Assembly: GCA_036172245.1 (NCBI GenBank)
Contig: JAYWIR010000021.1
Span: forward strand, 248,001-312,000
DNA length: 64,000 bases
Reading direction: 5' to 3'
DNA from: Raillietiella orientalis
Lineage: Eukaryota
Shown here: piece by piece, positions 12,200 through 23,529 of the stretch
Position numbering within the stretch: position 1 is the stretch's first letter
Layout of the letters: each line of letters opens with the position of its first letter
Notes under the pieces: model-generated
What the model was told of the DNA's origin: nothing
The model's input: the letters and a program-made list of their open reading frames with translations, nothing else
Database searches by the model: none
Translations under genes and position numbers: made by a program

Positions 12200-13200
12200 T
12201 GCATCCGGTGGAATACCCATTCATCTGTGATCGCAGAATGGAGGATTCCAGCGTATCCGCGAAGGCGAAGGACGGACGTCGGGGGACTTGTCGCAGCGAG
12301 GGGTATGGGTGGGCGTCTCCTCAAGGGAGTTCGCGGGCAGTCCAGTGACCGGGAAGCGGCCCTTTGCGTGGGAATCGGGGACCGTACCCTCCGTTGGGCA
12401 GGAGACCGGGAGCTCTCGGACGCGAGGGAGAGGTAGCGCGATCCGAGACCTGGATTCTCGGTTCCTTTTCAAAAGTCCCGGAAGTCCCGGAAATTCCCGG
12501 AGGTTCCGAGCAGTTTCCGAAAGCACATGGCTGATCCATCAGGGACGCGCCCCCGCTCTCCCCTCAGTTGCCTCGACGAGGCGTAGGGAGGCCGGGGGTG
12601 CCACGGAGCGGTGGAGCGGGAAGGCGAGAGGTAGTCCCGGGTTTTCGGCTGGGAGGAGGCAGGCGGCCGGCGGAGTGGGGTCCCTCTCCTGGGATGTGTG
12701 CGGGCGTCGTCTCCGCAGTGTAGGTGCCGTTGTGGCGCGGGAGTCGTGGGCGCTCCACGGGTCGCCTTCTTCTGCGGAAGCGCGGCCGTCATGATCTGCC
12801 CTTCGTCCTCCCAGCAGACCGAAAAATCAAAAAAGAAAAAGGAAAGGCGAAGGGGGGAGGTCGAGGGGGAGCAAAAAGCATAGCAACTCCGCGTCGGTCG
12901 GATGATAAATCAGAGAGGGAGGCTGCGGGTTGGTCCTGCTCAGCCGCGTCCGTTGGACCGCGACTGCGCGCGTCCTCCGAGCAGGAATGCCAGGCATCCG
13001 GAGCCGCCCTCCTTCCATCTCCCTCCGAAGACCGCAGCTCGCGCGCGCCACACGGCGTCCGCAATAAATCCTCGACCACGCGTCTCCTCCCTTTCACTGC
13101 CCGTCGCTCGTGGAGAAAAATGTGCGCCGGAGAATCCACCCCCCTCCGTTGCATAGGAACGGCCTGCGCAGGCCACGGGCAGCCCCCCCCCCTTTCTCGC
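12200..13200 (+). mobile_element. R2-like N-terminus remnant (zinc fingers + Myb)
   Basis: PGNSRRF...LIHQGRAP and WDVCGRRLRSVGAV are zinc-finger-like. AGWSCSAA...LLPSPSEDRSSRAPHGVRNK is Myb-like. Confidence 0.45.
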
Positions 13201-13399
13201 CGCCGCACCTGCCGGCGCCTGTCTCGCATCCTCTCCCTCCCTATCTTCCTTCCCCACGCCTCCATCGGCACCCCGGTCGCAAGGGGAACGGAGCGTGCAT
13301 GCGTGAGTCGCGGTCTCGGGCGCTCCTCGCCCGAGGTACTGGCGCGAGTCAGGCGGGTCGGTTTGCGAGCCACACGCGCGGCGCAGGCGCAGACCGAAA

Positions 13400-13690
13400 G
13401 CGGAGATCTTCCCCTCTCCCCCTCTTTCCTCCCGGGGACATCTCCTCCTCGAAGCTGACGATCGTGGACGCGCGCATGAGGCAGAGTCCGCCTGCGGGTA
13501 CTCGGAACTCGTTCCAGGAGGTAGGGTCGCTCACCGGGACGGGACCTTGCGAGAGCTCCGTTCTCCTCGAGGGAACCTCGGACGAGGGATATCCGAGGAA
13601 AAGTGGCCGCCTCTCCGCCAAGGCGACGACTGCCGTGCTGCAGCGGAAGGCGCCGTGGAGCCTGCGGAGGACGGGTGGCGCGACGTACGA
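13400..13690 (-). mobile_element. Decayed N-terminal zinc-finger region following cassette copy 2
   Basis: GERPYLLERVPSTRRRTLPHARVH resembles a degenerate C2H2 finger. It lies directly downstream of a shared ATG context at 13719-13721. Confidence 0.3.
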
Positions 13691-13960
13691 GGGTCCAGAG
13701 AAGCAGCTTCCCCAGTTCCATGGTGAGTGATGGAGGACTCAATTTCCGTAACCGGGGAGGACGGCTCTGGAAGGCAACCATGGAGGTAGCAGGAGGGTGA
13801 AGTTCTGATCCCTGCCGGTCAGCGGGGGTTTCCACCGCACCATCCTGCGGGGGAGACTCGAAACCCATGACGTTCCTGTCGCCGATCCTTCTCCCATCAG
13901 TGGGATTCGAACCCGCGCTGCTCGCTGCCACACGCGGACCACTCCGCGGCGGCCGCCACC
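13690..13960 (-). repeat. Conserved retroelement 5' cassette, copy 2, with tRNA-like A/B-box head
   Basis: The minus strand reads cgcggagtggtc...gcagcgagcagcgcGGGTTCGAATCCCac...aaggatcg...gtttcgagt...gaccggcagggat...tcctccatcactcaccATGgaa. It aligns with 44363-44655. Confidence 0.75.
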
Positions 13961-13989
13961 TCCAGACGCGGTGAGACGCAAGGCGCGCG

Positions 13990-14900
13990 TTTTTTCCCTT
14001 TGGTCTTTTCCTCCCCAACCCTGTACTTGCGCTCCCGCGAGCACTGCTCCGGGAAGGGAAACAGCGAATAGCGCAGGCGGCGTTCGCGCTGCCGCCGAAT
14101 CCCGTACCGAGGGGGCCATGCGGAAACCTCGAGAATCCCCCAGGCGATTCCGAAACGCCGGCGATCCGGCACGGAGAGTCCCTCCGCTGCTGCGCGTCCG
14201 AACTTCCCGGTCGAGCTACCCCGGATGTTTTGCCGCGGTCGCTATCCAGTCCGCTTCGGACTGCGTCCCTTTTCCCGCAGACGCTCGTTCCCGACGCTCG
14301 CCCGAGGGGAATCCAAGAGACGCAGCGCTCGGAAGGTCGGGGATTCGGGGAGACCTGCGCTACCTGCGAGTCGGCGGTGCGAAAACCCTGCTGGATCCTC
14401 ATCAGGATGAACCGCTGCGCGAACCGTGGCTCACTGGGATGGACCGCGCTGCCTCCTTTCAATCCAAGATGCTCCCGTTCTTTGCTGCCCCTCAGGGAGA
14501 AATCTCGATCTGTTTCTTCCGGATTCCGCACTTGAATTCCGTTCATTCCTGGATCCGCGAGGGCCCACTGCATTCGCGAGACCCGCGAGCCTCCAGGAAT
14601 GAGGCTCCCTTGCGCTTCCGAGCCTGGAGGAGACGGGAGATGGAGATGGTCTCGGCTCCTGGTGTTCCCTATTCTTCTGGCTTCCATAGAGAAAGTCCCT
14701 GATTTGCACTCGGTGACGCTGGACCGGGTTTATTCAAAGAATAAACCACACTCGGAGGGGAATAGTGTCCCTTAAATACAAGAGATCCCTCCTCCCTCCT
14801 CCCCTCAAATAAAAAGAAAAAGACAAAAGGCAGAAGTTCATTGAGGATGACCACCGGCGCGCAGGCCGGCTTCTAAGGAAATGGGGAACGGGGGGAGGGG
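13990..14900 (-). mobile_element. 3' end (CCHC + RLE) of an R2-like element
   Basis: RFILMRIQQGFRT...ERCVSWIPLGRASGTSVCGKRDAVRSG matches LR.N...CxxC..ETLGHIxG.C...RH. Confidence 0.45.
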
Positions 14901-15030
14901 GCAATAAATAAATTAAAAGAGATGGAGGGTAGGGACAGGGATCTTGGGTTTTCTTCGTCCCTTTCTTTCTAGAAGCGGCTGCGTATGACGGCGACCTATC
15001 TGATGACTTCTTCCAGGTAAGGCCCCAGTT

Positions 15031-15070
15031 CAGCATGGCAGCCGCCCTCGTCAGAGCGGCTGCCATGCTG
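15031..15070. other. Perfect 15-bp-stem hairpin
   Basis: cagcatggcagccgc / cctcgtcaga / gcggctgccatgctg. Confidence 0.9.
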
Positions 15071-15192
15071 GTGGCGTTCTTTTCGCGGCGAACAAGACTC
15101 CATCACGGAGCGGCCACTGTGACGGTGGCGCGAGGCACAGAAGATGGCTGCGGTCACGGCTCCTGACGTCAGCATGCCTCTCGTGAAGGAGC

Positions 15193-15604
15193 GTTTCCTC
15201 CTTCCATGATTCTCCGTGAGGCTCTAAATAAACTGAGTGGATTCCTGCGGCATGATGTTGCTGTTTACTAATACTGTTCTACTTGACCACTCTTTTGTGC
15301 ACTTTCGTTCCACACTTTGCTCATCCTGATGTCTATGACCGAACTCCTGAGGAGATGCTGGGTTCCACTCCCGTGGAGACAGGAAGCATCGCGGGACCTT
15401 TCCGAAATTTCAAGTCTTTCGATGGCGTGCTCTCGAAATGAGCAGCAAGAAAGGTTGTCGCGAAAGAACGCCTTCTGAGTGCCAAAGAGCATGAGGATGC
15501 GTTTCTGCACAAGAGAGCATCTTTTCCCGATGACTGCTAACCCTCTTACGATATCCAAAGCGTGAGGCTTTGGACCTGCATCTCTTCCCCTCACAGGAGA
15601 TGCG
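15193..15604 (+). repeat. About 410-bp direct repeat, copy 1
   Basis: Near-identical to 18542-18945 by direct reading, with scattered substitutions and one 8-nt indel. Confidence 0.95.
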
Positions 15605-17230
15605 TAGCAAGATCGAAGTCGTTCGGATGACGGAGCGCCGGAGCCAGACTCCGCCACATGTCCTCCAAGGCGCTGAAGTCTAACAGGAGGTGCGGGAACG
15701 ATTTCATCGCCCTCGCCTGGAACAGTTCGGGGAAGCGACTCCGCCGGAAGGCAGGTGCCTGCGTCAGTTGCCACTGGCGACCTGCAGTGCAGAAGCGGCA
15801 GGACATCCCGCGGTTTCCAGTGCAGCGGGAACGCGGGGGTGTCTTAATGCAGGAAAGGGACCGCAAGTTTTTCAGGGGGCATACCGAGCGGGTCAGTCCA
15901 CCGGAGGCGTCCCTTTCGGGAACGAGGAGTAGCGGCGTCTCTCGACTCCTGCAGTGTCGCAGGACAACTTCCAGCCCGCCAGCTGTCGTCTCTTGTCCTG
16001 AGGGCAGACAGTGCTGCGGCAAGGGTGGTGACGGCCATCCGGCACCACTGCGTCCAGTCCTGCAAAAGATCTCTCAGCGGCTCGCATAGGAGTTTCCGCA
16101 CCGGATGAAGAAGTTGCTCTGGACGCACTTCCAGGGTGACAAGCCAGGAAAGCCCTTAAGAGCTCGAATTATAGGAGAGCACTTCCTGTTTTCCTTCTGC
16201 CTTTTCCAGTGAAGGATCACCAGGAACACGGAAAAACTCTACTACTTTGCTATTTGGACGGCTGTTGCCTGCCGATTCCTCGACTCTGCGTGCAAAGGCA
16301 GCTGCTGCTGCATCCCATCGTCACTGCAGGTGCCGACCACTCCAGAAGGCGATGCTTTCCGGTTTCTGCTTGTGGTTTCCGTGTGGTGTGCATCTCTCTC
16401 GCTGGAACATGACCTGAAAGCTGCTTTTCCGTTCGGGGTTTGGTGTCTTCAGCACCGATCCTAGTGCTTTCCGCGGGCGAAGAAACGGATGGAATCATCC
16501 TTGGCTATTTGAGATCTTCAGGAGAGCCGACGCCAGTCTGCTGCCAAGCGCGCAAATGTCTTCACAAAGGGAGAATTCTAGAAGCTTCCGTGAACATTGC
16601 GGAGGAAGTGGTTTTTCGGAGACGAAGGACGATTTCAGCCCACCTCACGCTCTGGTCCTTGATTTTTGGCTTTCTAAGGAATTCCAATTCCCGATTTCGT
16701 TACCTTGAGGCATTCACTACAACGCGCTAAAGGCAAACGCCAGTTGAGACGTTTACTTAATTGGGAAAGGCGCGTTGCTGAACTGAATGGGTGCAGCAGC
16801 AAGTTCTGGTCAAGGGGACCCGTTTTCCTCATCTTCCGGGGAGTTGCCTGCCACTGACAAGCAGCAGCAGCAGCAGCAACAACGACAGATGGAATCGAAT
16901 CCAAGAGAGAAGTTCAACAGGTTGCAATTTGGAGATTTCAGGGCGTTCTCCGTGACACATGTTTATGTTGTTTTTCCTCCGGCGTGGTCACCATTCGCTG
17001 CTCCTCTTTCTTGAAGACCATCACCGGAAAAGCAAAACGTGTCTGAAGCAGATTCATGGGAAGAAGATAGTGCGCATTGGTACGATGCATATTTATGGCG
17101 ACAGAAGACACAACGAGGCAGCAGCAGCAACCTTCAGATGGATGGAGATTCCCGCGTGGCTGCTTCCTTCCACCTGCCTTTAAGAATTCCGCGCCACGTG
17201 TTTGAATCCGTTGCCGCGCACACTAACAGA
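15200..17230 (-). mobile_element. Decayed RT + CCHC + RLE of a NeSL/R2-like element
   Basis: Ordered motifs: SSHAGISIHLK (APGPDGI..LK), KLQPVELLS (WRPI.L.S), GPLDQNLLL...GIGIP, IAKDD (FADD), LSPWK, MSCRFC (CRxC), LFGTQKAF and SPREWNP (GxW.P). Confidence 0.6.
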
Positions 17231-17349
17231 GACATGAACACATTTCACTGAAAGTATGAATCCTCTGTTTGCTTAATAATTAGAAAGTAATGGGTAGTGT
17301 TTGATGCCTCGAGAAAATTTATGCCGCTGGTTTAATGCTTTTTAAACTA

Positions 17350-18300
17350 GACAATCGGACTTCTACCACCAGAAAAGGACTTTCACTTCCAAATAAGAAG
17401 AGAGGAGACGGAAAAAACTTGATGGCATCTCCAAAACAACGACACACGCAACACGTACGCGCTCGATCGGCTTCGTTTTTCTCGAGAGCACAGGCCCATC
17501 TCTTGTGAGAAGCTGAGGTCGTGTGTCACACCTCTGTCGTTCAGCTCTCCGATCATTTATCTGCGCAAGTTTCTCCTCACGATGAGACAAACCCGCTGCT
17601 AAAACCCACGATCCGTGGGCAACAGGTTTCTCGTTTTGGTACGCGTCGCCGGCAATCTTCGAGAACACGACCGCTATCTCTGAAGCCATAAACAACCTCG
17701 CGTCTGCTCTTCATTACATCTGGGAGCCACGCGGAGGTTCTGAGAGGAATCACTCAGATCGGCAATCTTCAGAGCTCATTACACGACAAGGCAATTCGCT
17801 TCCACAAGTTATGTCCAAGGTTCGAGGCAGATCGGGTTAACGCTGGAAACCATGCGAACCACGTGCTGCCTCCAAGACCATCTGTTGCTATCCAGTGGAT
17901 CGGTTCGCAGTACCCGTCCGTCATGCTCGAAGGATGGATCAAACGATATACAGATGCATACGGCTGCCGAGTCCAGAGGGTGGGACTTCTCCTCTAGAAT
18001 TCCGAGTTTCTATCGATAAATATCGGCAGTTGGACGACAGCAAACAAGGAAGAGGATGGCACGAATGCAAGAACGACAGGGAGGGGGGGAATCTCTCCCG
18101 TTTTCTCCCCGCATGCCCGGGGTGGCCGGAAAGTGGCTCTCCAAACTCTCTTTTCTGTCTTCACAAATGGAATTTCCAGAAACTAATACAGGTCCAGAGT
18201 GACGAAGGACATAGTCGGCATGGAAACGAACGAAACTTTCTGTACCCAACGATACTCGCCCTGAGTTTTTGTGGATAAATAGCGGCTTGGTTTTCCATGT
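17350..18300 (-). mobile_element. ISL2EU/Harbinger-like transposase remnant
   Basis: AILFLVCCR...KLGI (HTH region) and QLLTRD...IERVRVACVVVLEMPSSFFRLL (QLT..E...IA.VR..VE...K.F.LL). Confidence 0.35.
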
Positions 18301-18541
18301 GCGGGATTCCTGAAATACACCTCTACCACAGTCAAATCTTGACAGTAGAAAGGGTAGAGTGCCAATGACGATACAGATAAGAAGCAAGAGTATTTGTTCT
18401 TTTTTTTCTTTGTTTGTTTTTTTACTGCTCACCTCATGAACTGCCTTGGAGGTTTCCCTGCAAATAAGAGAAGAGCCAAGGAAAAGAGGAAGCACTTTCA
18501 ACGAGGCTCGACAAGCTGATTAATGAAATTCATCATATTCA

Positions 18542-18945
18542 GTTTCCTCCTTCTCCTATTCTCCGCGAGACTCTAAATAAACTGAGTGGATTACTGCGGC
18601 ACGATGTTGCTGTTTACTAATACTGTTCCACTTGACCACTCTTTTGTGCACTTTCGTTCCACACTTCGCTCATCCTGGTGTCTACGACCGAACTCCTGAG
18701 GAGATGCTGGGTTCCACTCCCGTGGAGACAGGAAGCATCGCGGGACCTTTCCGAAATTTCGAGTCTTTCGATGGCGTGCTCTCGAAATGAGCAGCAAGAA
18801 GGGTTGTTGCGAAAGAACGCCTTCTGAGTGCCAAAGAGCATGAGGATGCGTTTCTGCACAAGAGAGCATCTTTTCCCGATGACTGCTAACCCTCTTACGA
18901 TATCCAAAGCGTGAGGCTGCATCTCTTCCCCTAGCGGGAGATGCG
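18542..18945 (+). repeat. About 410-bp direct repeat, copy 2 (antisense RLE 3' end)
   Basis: Matches 15193-15604. The ORF track gives the same PHALDIVRGLAVIGKRCS...QVEQY peptide in both copies. Confidence 0.95.
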
Positions 18946-19612
18946 AACTTGAACAGATGCAGCTTGGAGAAGTTTTCCGGAAGCCGCTTGGATTATTCAG
19001 ACGAGAGGAAAGCCCATGCGCACTCCACCGCAGACTTCATTCTGGAATGCGTCCGCTGGTGCCTTCCTGTGGAGGAATTTAGTGCAGCTCTTCTGGATCA
19101 AATCGTTGAGCCACGTGCTCGCTGGGATTCACCACATCGAAGCAGAGAAGCACTTCTTCGCTTGGTTTTTGCGTCTCTTTTCTTGTGAAACCAAGTCCAA
19201 AATCTCTCCCCTGGACTGCTTTTCTAAGAGCTCTCCTTGAAATGCTGTGGAAATCAAAATCTCTCCACTTTTTCCCCTCAGTTTCAAAAAGTTCATTTTT
19301 CGAAAGAGAAAAGAAGAAATATTCTTTTTTTTTCTTTCTCTCTGGCCCTTTCTTTTCGAGCAGGAGTTGACGACTCGCTGGCCTGGAAGAATCAAACCGT
19401 CGAAGAGATGGCGTCTCCAGACAAACGATCTCGATGCGTTGAAACAACTAATTGCATTTATTTAGGCAATTGAGGTCAAAGGGAAGAAAGCAGGTTGTTT
19501 GCAGCTCGCTCGCCCTTCACTTTTACTAGGTAAAGAAACCGAAAATGGCAACCCATTCCACACCATGTGGGAAGCAAGTTGGGGGCTGTTTCAAAACAGC
19601 CTTCTCCATAAG

Positions 19613-19640
19613 TCTCTCTCTCTCTCTCTCTCTGTCTCTC
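19613..19640 (+). repeat. (CT)n microsatellite
   Basis: tctctctc run read directly. Confidence 0.95.
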
Positions 19641-19949
19641 CTCTTTTTGTCGGATCAGCAGGTTCAACACCTACGTCCTCTCCGGTTCGGATGTGATGGA
19701 GCCCGGCATGAGGACCCACCAACCACCCAACGCTCGTGGGGGGACAAGCAGCCTTGCGGTGTGCGTCGACGTGTGCCGATGAGAATCCATCAAGCCGCAT
19801 GGGAGGCGGCGTGCGCGCGCACACGCATGTCAGTACAATTTATGTGGGTCCATTCACGCGAAGACGAATAGGATGCTCAAAAAGCCGCGTTCAAACAAGC
19901 ACTTATTATTTAAGTTACAGACGAGTAAGTTTGATGAATTAGCAGGGAA

Positions 19950-20680
19950 GTTCCCTCGCGTATGAAGTATCCTGGGTTACGGTTTTGGAATAGAATCTTT
20001 GCATGTGAAGCGTATAAACAACCTGTCACATACCGAAGATACGCTTTCATTCAGTGTGCTGCCATTCCTTCTCCTTCCTCTTCCGCGAACGCCCTCGAGG
20101 AAGCCTTTTTCGATGCTGGAGGTGACCGAAAAGGAGGGTCGAGACGAACCCCATCGGATGAGAATCCGGCGGGACTCCTCGGAAGAGAGCACGCGCTGAC
20201 GATGAACTCGACGGGTGCCATGGGAACGAGGAAGATGGCGGCTTGCGGGTGCTCCGTGGCATCTTCCCCCGCCAGCCTTTTCTTTGGCGTCGTTTCCGGG
20301 GCTTCGGTTTCTGGAATTTTCGTGCTTGCACGATCCGTGACGTGCCGTCCTGCCGTTCCACGGCGGATCGTGCGTTCGCTCACACATGCGTATGCTCCAC
20401 CACGTGTGCTATGCACGTCTTCAGTGATCAGCTGGATTCCAGAAGAGCCGGAAGCGCAATCCGATTCGATGGTGGAAGTGAAGGATGATGTTTTTCCACC
20501 TCTGGAGTGCCGGAGCTGGAGCGACAGACGGGGAGTTGCGTGAACTCCCATGTGAGGACGCGTTCGTAAGGGTCGAGTCTCAGCAGGTGGCATTCGGACG
20601 CCGAGAACTGGGTCTGCAGACAGGAGAGCAGGAGGAGGTACGTCGAAGAAAACGCGTGCGAAACACGAATATTCTTGCTT
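19950..20680 (+). mobile_element. hAT transposase C-terminal dimerisation-domain remnant
   Basis: NPIRWWK..DVFPPL...TPCEDAF matches DPL.WWK...FP.L...S...ER.FS. Confidence 0.5.
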
Positions 20681-20949
20681 GCATCCTTTCTCGTCTGTGG
20701 ACGCCTATTTGCCGCGCGAAGTTCTTCATATTCTCCGATCCCCCGCACCGCTCTGATCTGCTTCGATCTGGACTTTCTCCCCGTCCTCGTCGCGGCGTTG
20801 TTTTGTGGAGGTGGGGTGGGGTGGGAATGCCCATCGGCTTCAATGCTCTCCGAAAAGCCGGAGGAGTTGCATTCCGGTCTGTCGGCCCCGGCTTCTTGTC
20901 CGGTCTCTTTCCTGAGCGTTTGGTACTCTCCCCTCTTCCGTGTTCCGGA

Positions 20950-21970
20950 GAACCCCGCGCAACGAAACCTGGCTCGTGAGTCCAATTTCATCTTGGGATC
21001 CGCACGTCAGCAGGTGCGCATCTCCCTCCCTTGCCCCCAGTGGGAAGAAGCCCCGGAAGGGGAAAGGGGAGGTTCGCGAGCGGGTGGAGCAGGAAATGGA
21101 TTTTCCGGGACTGAACGATTCCTGGAAGACTCTCGTCCCGGGAATCCCGGAACCGGATGCGTTTAGGAAACCGCGGTGAGAGCCCGCTGCTGACTCGCTG
21201 GCGGCGAGCTCCGGGACCCACGGGGAAGCAGCAGCGACTTGGCTCTCCGTCCAGCTGCTCCTCTGACGGCAGCGAGCGGGATCGAACCGCCTTTCCCCTT
21301 TCCTGGCATTTCGACGGGACTGCGAGCTTTCCGTCAGCCCCGGGCATTCCTTACCACTACGGACGGATGGATAGTTTGCGACTCCCCTTCAAGGGAAACG
21401 AAAGATTCACAGGAAACTGAGCCATTTGAGAATTCAGCACGCTGGACCAAACAGGGGCGAGACTCGTCCTTTGCATGCTCTTGCAGGTCGAAGCAGTCCT
21501 GGAGTCCTCTTTCCTGCTCCGAATTCGCGACGGACCGCAAAATCCGAGACCAAGATGGACTTTGGGTTTCTTTCTAGAACTCGGGCTGGCTTTCTTTCTG
21601 GACGAGTTCTGCGATCCACGAAGATCAACTCTTGGCAAGACCCGATTATGGCAGGAGAGCAGCGTCCTTCCTCCGCATCCTTCGACGAAGGTGCTGCAGG
21701 CTGAGGAACCTCGTGCAAGAGTCGCCCGCGCTCCAGACGTTTTCAACAGAGGCTGTAGGCAACCCGAAACGAAGTTCCTCAGCCAGCCGCGAAAACAGGC
21801 TGAGAAACAGGTGGGAGGTGTCCCGGTGACTTGGGCGGAGACGGGTCATACTTTCACGGGGTGGCATGGACCGTGTACCCGCTCTTTAGCACAGCGAAGT
21901 GCAGCGTACTCACTCATCCGCATGATCTCGAATAGCCAGTCCACGGATCGACAGCGACGGTGGCGATGGG
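20950..21970 (-). mobile_element. RLE-clade reverse transcriptase fragment
   Basis: FVEGCGGRTLLS (GC.E..LL), KKASPS (KAFDS) and ARACKGRVSPLF (GV.QG..SPLLF). Confidence 0.45.
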
Positions 21971-22199
21971 TGCCTCCCTAGGGGATACCCAGTTCGTTTC
22001 CCGCCTCTGCATTCGCACCGCAAAAGAGGTTTTTTCCCCGCGTCCCACCCATTCTGCGCGCGTCGCGCTTCGTGCGGTGTTCTTTTCGCTCTGCCGGAAG
22101 ACTTACGTGCGACTTCCAGCTTTCACCAACTTGATGATTGCCATTTTCGTTCCCTCATTCAAAAATGAACAATACGACTGGCATAATACATGCTTATTC

Positions 22200-23500
22200 A
22201 TTTCCTGTATTCGTCAGTAAATTGTATAAGACAGAGAATCGCCAGCATACGGGAAGGTTCCTCAGAAAAAGTCAAAGAAACGCCTCGACTTCCGAAAGCC
22301 TTCGAGCAGCGCGCGCACACAGCAGATGGCAGATGCGCCCTTGCTGCTGACGATAACTTGCAGACGGAGAAACCACTGTGGTTTGGTGGTGGTAGGTACG
22401 TTTTGGGAGACACCGAAAACAGTGCTTTCTGAAGCTTGGTGAGAATCGCGCATGCGCGCGCGTGACGTGAACAGCAGCACGCAGGATGCTGCGACGTGCA
22501 GACAAGCTGATGTCCTGCGTCGTCAGGATTCATGCTGTTGACACGGCTACCAGCTCAGATGTCTGCAGGCTTCCAAGGAATGTTCTGGAAGTGCAGGCAG
22601 GTCTGTTTTCCATTTTCTCCATTCCAGACATCGAGGCTGGAGGCCTGGGTGACTGTGGACTCCACAGCACGGAGATGGCGTATCTCGCTATATTGAGCAG
22701 AGAAACCGCAGTTATCGGGGGGGACCCAATCCACGGTTGCCCGGCTGGTCATCTTCGGAAGGTTTTCAAACCTGCTCTTGGACAACACCTTGAACGATAA
22801 CTGACGATCTTGGAATCTTGGGCCGACTTGTTGGTGTACAAAGTCCAGAGTTTCTTTCCACGGTTTTCAGGAAATCATCCCATTCCGGAGATTGGAGAAA
22901 TGAGCACCGTTTTTATCGAGTGGGATGGTCAGCGTTTCCTTTGTTCAGCTTGCAAACTTGGATTCCCCGCCGTCTTCGAGACGGTGGGAACCTGCGAAAA
23001 GGGAAGAATTTCTCCAGACGGTTTCACGAGGCCCTCCCGAGTATCCAACTGAAACTGCCTCCCGGGGACAGCAAAAGCGACGGTCCCGTTGCCAGGGGAA
23101 CTGCACGGCCGCGTGCATCTTTGCTAAGGGTGTAAAATGTGGCAAACGAGAAAGCGCACTGCCGAAGCAGTTCTGACAGGACCGGTGATTTTCCGATCGG
23201 GGGTGCCAACGAACAGAAGCAGAAAATAATGGAAGATAATGAGAATCAATTTGAATGGTCTTTCAGCCATGGCTTGATGAGAGTTTGGGATGCCTCATCG
23301 GCGCGGATGAACCTTTCGTGTGCATCCGAAGAAAGTGAAAACACGGAACGAGGAAAACAGATTTTAGGATTTCTTTTGGCTGCCAATTCGAAGAAAAAGG
23401 TCGCAGGGTTTTTCTCTCTCCCCCCCCCCCCCCGGCCTCGTCGCAAAAGAAACTACCACTACCATAGGAACATCACACATGTGGTCTGCAGTTTCTTCAA
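22200..23500 (+). mobile_element. NeSL-like 3' half (thumb, CCHC, RLE) remnant
   Basis: FSIPDIEAGGLG, FLCSACKLGFP (ARL..LP), FSRRFHEALPSI (CRRC..ETLPHI) and GLMRVWD (G.LG.W). Confidence 0.55.
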
Positions 23501-23529
23501 TCTGCAACTGAAGGGATGAACAGCAACGA

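Noticed and set aside
13895..13960. Functional tRNA gene
   Set aside because: The B-box is present, but I could not fold an anticodon arm or acceptor stem. It is recorded only as tRNA-like.
12789..14687. 632-aa minus-strand ORF as a real gene
   Set aside because: It is R/S/G/P-rich and crosses an RLE 3' end, the non-coding cassette and the antisense of another element. It is explained by stop-codon scarcity.
16860..16885. PolyQ host gene
   Set aside because: This is a short CAG run on the antisense strand of an RT remnant, with no gene structure.
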